A stretch of 64,000 nt of DNA from Kiritimatiellia bacterium (GTDB lineage: Bacteria > Verrucomicrobiota > Kiritimatiellia > RFP12 > JBMNHG01): positions 740,337-804,336 of the forward strand of contig JBMNHG010000003.1 of the NCBI GenBank assembly GCA_050950285.1, in the 5' to 3' direction. The notes under the pieces are model-generated. The model was not told where the DNA came from and did not search any database. It saw nothing but the letters and a program-made list of their open reading frames with translations. Shown piece after piece: positions 60,864 to 64,000 of the stretch; position 1 is the first letter of the stretch, and the number at the start of each line of letters is the position of its first letter. The position numbers and the translations under genes are program-made.

Positions 60864-63485
60864 CTATTGTGCCAAAACCCGCAGGAAAGCTCTAGGCGTA
60901 TTCGTGGCGGTGAACGGCACAGTGAGCGTCATGCCATCGAGCGCGGTTCCGGGGAGCGGCGTCCAGGCGGCTTCCATGAGATTGGTACAGAATTGAACCT
61001 CGAGCGTCATCGTGGCGATCCACGTGGCAAAAGCATCGGGGTCGAGTTGGCTGGCGAGCGTGAGCGCGGCGGTATCGTCTGCCAGCACGAACGCGGCGAT
61101 GTGGAAATGTCCCATTGTCGCCGTCACATCCGCGTCCGAGACGGTCGCGACATAGGTTACGCCGTTCGCGATGAAGGTGTAGCCGCCGTTCGGCAACCAG
61201 AGGTAGAGCTTGCCGTTCTCGTCGGCGAAGAGGTCGTTCACACCGTAGGTTCCGGGCAATGCGATCATGACCGGCGCGCCGGGGTCGAGCCACGGCACCG
61301 TCACGCACCAGACGCGTACCGTGCCATTGCTGGGCGCGGGGGAGATGGTGCCGTTCGCGAGGCGGATCGAGCCGCCGGTGAAGGTGTTCGAACCGGATGC
61401 CGCACCATATTTGCCCGGCCCGATGTCCGTGCCGCCACCGTTGCTCTGCGCGAAGACCGTACCACCGGAAATCCCGATCGTGCCACCCGCACCGTCCCAT
61501 CCGCCGCCGATACCCGCGCCGCCGTTATGGCCGCCCGTCGCCGTTACCATGCCGCCGGAAATCTCCACCGTGCCGCCCGTGCTAGAATAGCCGCCGCCGA
61601 TGCCCGCACCGTGTTCGTTGCCCGTCGCGACGAGTGTGCCGCCGCCGATGCGCACCGTGCCGCCCGCACCGCCGTCGTAGTTCGTTTCTTTGGTGCCGCC
61701 GCCGCCGATGCCCGCACTACGTTTGCCACCCACCGCCGTGACCGTGCCTCCTAAAATCTCCACGGTGCCGCCTGCGGCACGGTTGCCGCCGCCGATGCCC
61801 GCGCCGTAGGAACCGCCCGTCACAGAGAGCGCACCCGCGCCGTCGCCGGGCGCGTTGGTGATCGAGAGCGACCGTCCCGCCGCAACTTCGATGCCCGCGC
61901 GGTTGAGGCCGGAGAAGAGCGTGTTCGTCCCCGCGAGGAAGAGCGAGACGCAGGCGTTCGTCTCCAACGCGAAGGCGCACTGGTCGCTGCCGGTCGCCCG
62001 GAGGGTCAGGTTCGAGAGGGTCATCGTGTTGACCGTGCCGTCCGGAACGACGACGCACACGCCGCCGACCACATTGCCGCCCGAGAGCGTGAAGGGACCC
62101 GCGCCATCGAGGGCGAGTGTGCGGGTTGACGATGTGTAAGTCCAGCCGGGATTCTGAACCAACGAGTCGAAGGCAACATCTTCGCCATTCACTGTCACGC
62201 CGGAAGAGCCCACGCCGTCCTCGACCTTCGCCGTGCAGGTGCGCCCATTTGCCGTGAGCACGTAGTCGCCCTCCGGAAGCCACAGATGGATGCAGCCGCC
62301 GTCGTCGGCAAAGATGTCGTTCGTTCCGTAGTAGTCCGGAAGGCCCGAGCCGGAGGAAGCGAAGACGACCGGCGCATCAGGCTCGAACCCCGCGACCACC
62401 GCGCAGGCGACCGGTTCATCGGTGTTGTTGCGGGGTATGGGACTAGGGGATACACCACCTGAACGGATCGTACCGCCGGTAAAGCGGGTCGTTTCGGTGG
62501 TAGGCTGGCGGTAGAGACCGTGCCCGACATCGGGGGCACCTGCCCCCCCCGCCGCCGTCACCATACCGCCGGAAATCTCGATCGTGCCGCCTGCGCCCTT
62601 GAAGCCGCCGCCGATGCCCGCGCCGCCGCTGCCGCCGCCCGTTGCCGTCACCCGTCCGCCGGAGATGGTTATCGTGCCACCGCTGCCGCCGGAGTAACTG
62701 GTGGTGCTGCCACCGCCGCCGATGCCCGCGCCGCCGGCGTATTGGCTGCTCGTGGCCGTGACCGTGCCCCCGGAAATCTCCACCGTGCCTCCTGCGCTGC
62801 GGTAGCCGCCACCGATACCCGCGCCGTTATCGGTAGCCGTCGCGACGAGCGTGCCGCCAGTAATGCGCACTGTACCGCCGCTGCCGCCGAAGGAACCGGA
62901 TGAGCTGGTGCCACCACCGCCGACACCCGCGCTGCGGTAGCCGCTCGTGGCCGTGACCATGCCACCGCGGAACGTCACCAAGCCGCATGCGGCCTGGTCG
63001 CCGCCACCAATGCCCGCGCCGCGAGAACCACCCGTCACGAGGAGCGCCCCCGCGTCGTCGCCGGGCGCGTTGGTAATCGAGAGCGAGCGTCCCGCCGCGA
63101 CTTCGATGCCTGCGCGACCGGCGCCCGAGGCGAGCCTGTTCGTCCCCGCGAGGAAGAGCGACACGTCGGCGTTCGCTCCCAGCGCGAAGGCACATTGACC
63201 GCTGCTTCTCGCATAGAGCATCAGGTTGGAGAGGGTGACCGTGTTCGTCACGTTCTCCGAGACCACGACGCACACCGCATTGGCCATGTTCGTGCCGGAG
63301 AGCATGAAGGGACCCGCCCCGGAAAGCGTGAGCGTGGGCGAGACATACGCCCAGCCTTCGCCGGACGAGCCGGCGGAGTCGAGCATGTCGCCGTTGACGG
63401 TGACGCCGACGGGACTGGCGGTGGCGGTGGCGACGATGCATGCCGCCGCCAGCGCGGCGAGGAGGGGGCGGGTGGTGTGCTTCAT
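60864..63485 (-). CDS. Gly-rich modular surface protein C (2 modules)
   Basis: Signal peptide MKHTTRPLLAALAAAC; same module motifs as A and B; C-terminal ...PRAFLRVLAQ. Confidence 0.9.
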   Translation of the reverse strand: MKHTTRPLLAALAAACIVATATASPVGVTVNGDMLDSAGSSGEGWAYVSPTLTLSGAGPFMLSGTNMANAVCVVVSENVTNTVTLSNLMLYARSSGQCAFALGANADVSLFLAGTNRLASGAGRAGIEVAAGRSLSITNAPGDDAGALLVTGGSRGAGIGGGDQAACGLVTFRGGMVTATSGYRSAGVGGGGTSSSGSFGGSGGTVRITGGTLVATATDNGAGIGGGYRSAGGTVEISGGTVTATSSQYAGGAGIGGGGSTTSYSGGSGGTITISGGRVTATGGGSGGAGIGGGFKGAGGTIEISGGMVTAAGGAGAPDVGHGLYRQPTTETTRFTGGTIRSGGVSPSPIPRNNTDEPVACAVVAGFEPDAPVVFASSGSGLPDYYGTNDIFADDGGCIHLWLPEGDYVLTANGRTCTAKVEDGVGSSGVTVNGEDVAFDSLVQNPGWTYTSSTRTLALDGAGPFTLSGGNVVGGVCVVVPDGTVNTMTLSNLTLRATGSDQCAFALETNACVSLFLAGTNTLFSGLNRAGIEVAAGRSLSITNAPGDGAGALSVTGGSYGAGIGGGNRAAGGTVEILGGTVTAVGGKRSAGIGGGGTKETNYDGGAGGTVRIGGGTLVATGNEHGAGIGGGYSSTGGTVEISGGMVTATGGHNGGAGIGGGWDGAGGTIGISGGTVFAQSNGGGTDIGPGKYGAASGSNTFTGGSIRLANGTISPAPSNGTVRVWCVTVPWLDPGAPVMIALPGTYGVNDLFADENGKLYLWLPNGGYTFIANGVTYVATVSDADVTATMGHFHIAAFVLADDTAALTLASQLDPDAFATWIATMTLEVQFCTNLMEAAWTPLPGTALDGMTLTVPFTATNTPRAFLRVLAQ

Positions 63486-63533
63486 GGTGGTGTTCCCTTC
63501 AGTCGCGCCTCTACGCCTGTGGGGCAGAGACAC

Positions 63534-63725
63534 ACTTTGTCGCGAGCCTTGTCGAAAGCTGTCCCAGTTGGCGAACACGGAGATCCGCCGCAACGATAAT
63601 GGCTTGTGGTGTTACTGTTCACGGCCAGCCTTTAGGTAGGCGAAATAACGAAAGCTACCTAATCAGTCGTCAGGCAATAATCTGCAGACGATTATAGATT
63701 AGACGGCGGGATGGGGAAAGCATTA
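63534..63725 (-). promoter_or_regulatory. Conserved promoter and structured 5' leader, copy 2 (upstream of gene C)
   Basis: Near-identical to 58165-58368; minus-strand TATAAT at 63691-63696. Confidence 0.75.
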
Positions 63726-64000
63726 TTCTGCCAGCACGCGCAGGAAGAGGCGGGGGGAATCGGGCGGGGTGAACGGCACGGTAAGGGTCATGCCGTCGCG
63801 CGCGGTTCCGGGGAGCGTCGTCCAGACGGCTTCCGTGAGGTTGGTGCAGTACTGGACCTCGAATGCCGTCACCGTATTGATCCATTCGTCGAAAAGGTCG
63901 GGCGGGAGCCGTTCGGCGAGCGTGAAGGTGGCCGTGTCATCCGCCAGTTCGAAGGCGGCAATGGTGAAATAGTGGGTTGTCACCGCCGCATCCGCATCCG
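63723..64000 (-). CDS. C-terminal end of a fourth paralog (protein D; runs off the window)
   Basis: C-terminus clearly homologous to protein C (IAAFELADDTA...EVQYCTNL...WTTLPGTARDGMTLTVPFT...FLRVLAE). Confidence 0.85.
   Translation of the reverse strand, partial: DADAAVTTHYFTIAAFELADDTATFTLAERLPPDLFDEWINTVTAFEVQYCTNLTEAVWTTLPGTARDGMTLTVPFTPPDSPRLFLRVLAE

Noticed and set aside
44305..63500. CRISPR array, suggested by many recurring GCCGCCGATGCC motifs
   Set aside because: These are codons of the GAGIGGG protein repeat on the minus strand; no cas genes and no constant repeat-spacer period.

Overview
High-GC bacterial window; the gene content (PEP-CTERM proteins, Kdo genes, 'RFFKV/FLRV'-ending secreted proteins) suggests a PVC-superphylum organism such as Kiritimatiellota or Verrucomicrobia (inference). 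Bases 1-44.2 kb are mostly housekeeping and carbohydrate genes: a secreted Ca-repeat protease, two PEP-CTERM paralogs, kdsB, hisG, a bS22-like small gene, ABC-F, ychF, purN, asd, glycoside hydrolases, cmk, dnaB-rplI-rpsR-ssb-rpsF-pth-rplY-prs-tRNA-Gln-ispE and oadGB. Bases 44.2-64 kb are an accessory locus of four tandem minus-strand genes for modular Gly-rich (GAGIGGG) surface proteins. In that locus: (i) a four-helix-bundle/Zn-ribbon gene has its start and stop codons inside two direct copies of a GAGACNN heptamer-repeat element, and related elements also bracket a neighbouring surface-protein gene; (ii) a ~200-nt leader with compensatory base changes is duplicated; (iii) one spacer holds a stack of co-oriented short-repeat modules; (iv) two IS elements (ISKra4, IS1634) each sit inside a short-repeat tract. 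Two genes are frameshifted by exact tandem micro-duplications (7 bp and 20 bp). A 120-bp MITE lies upstream of hisG.
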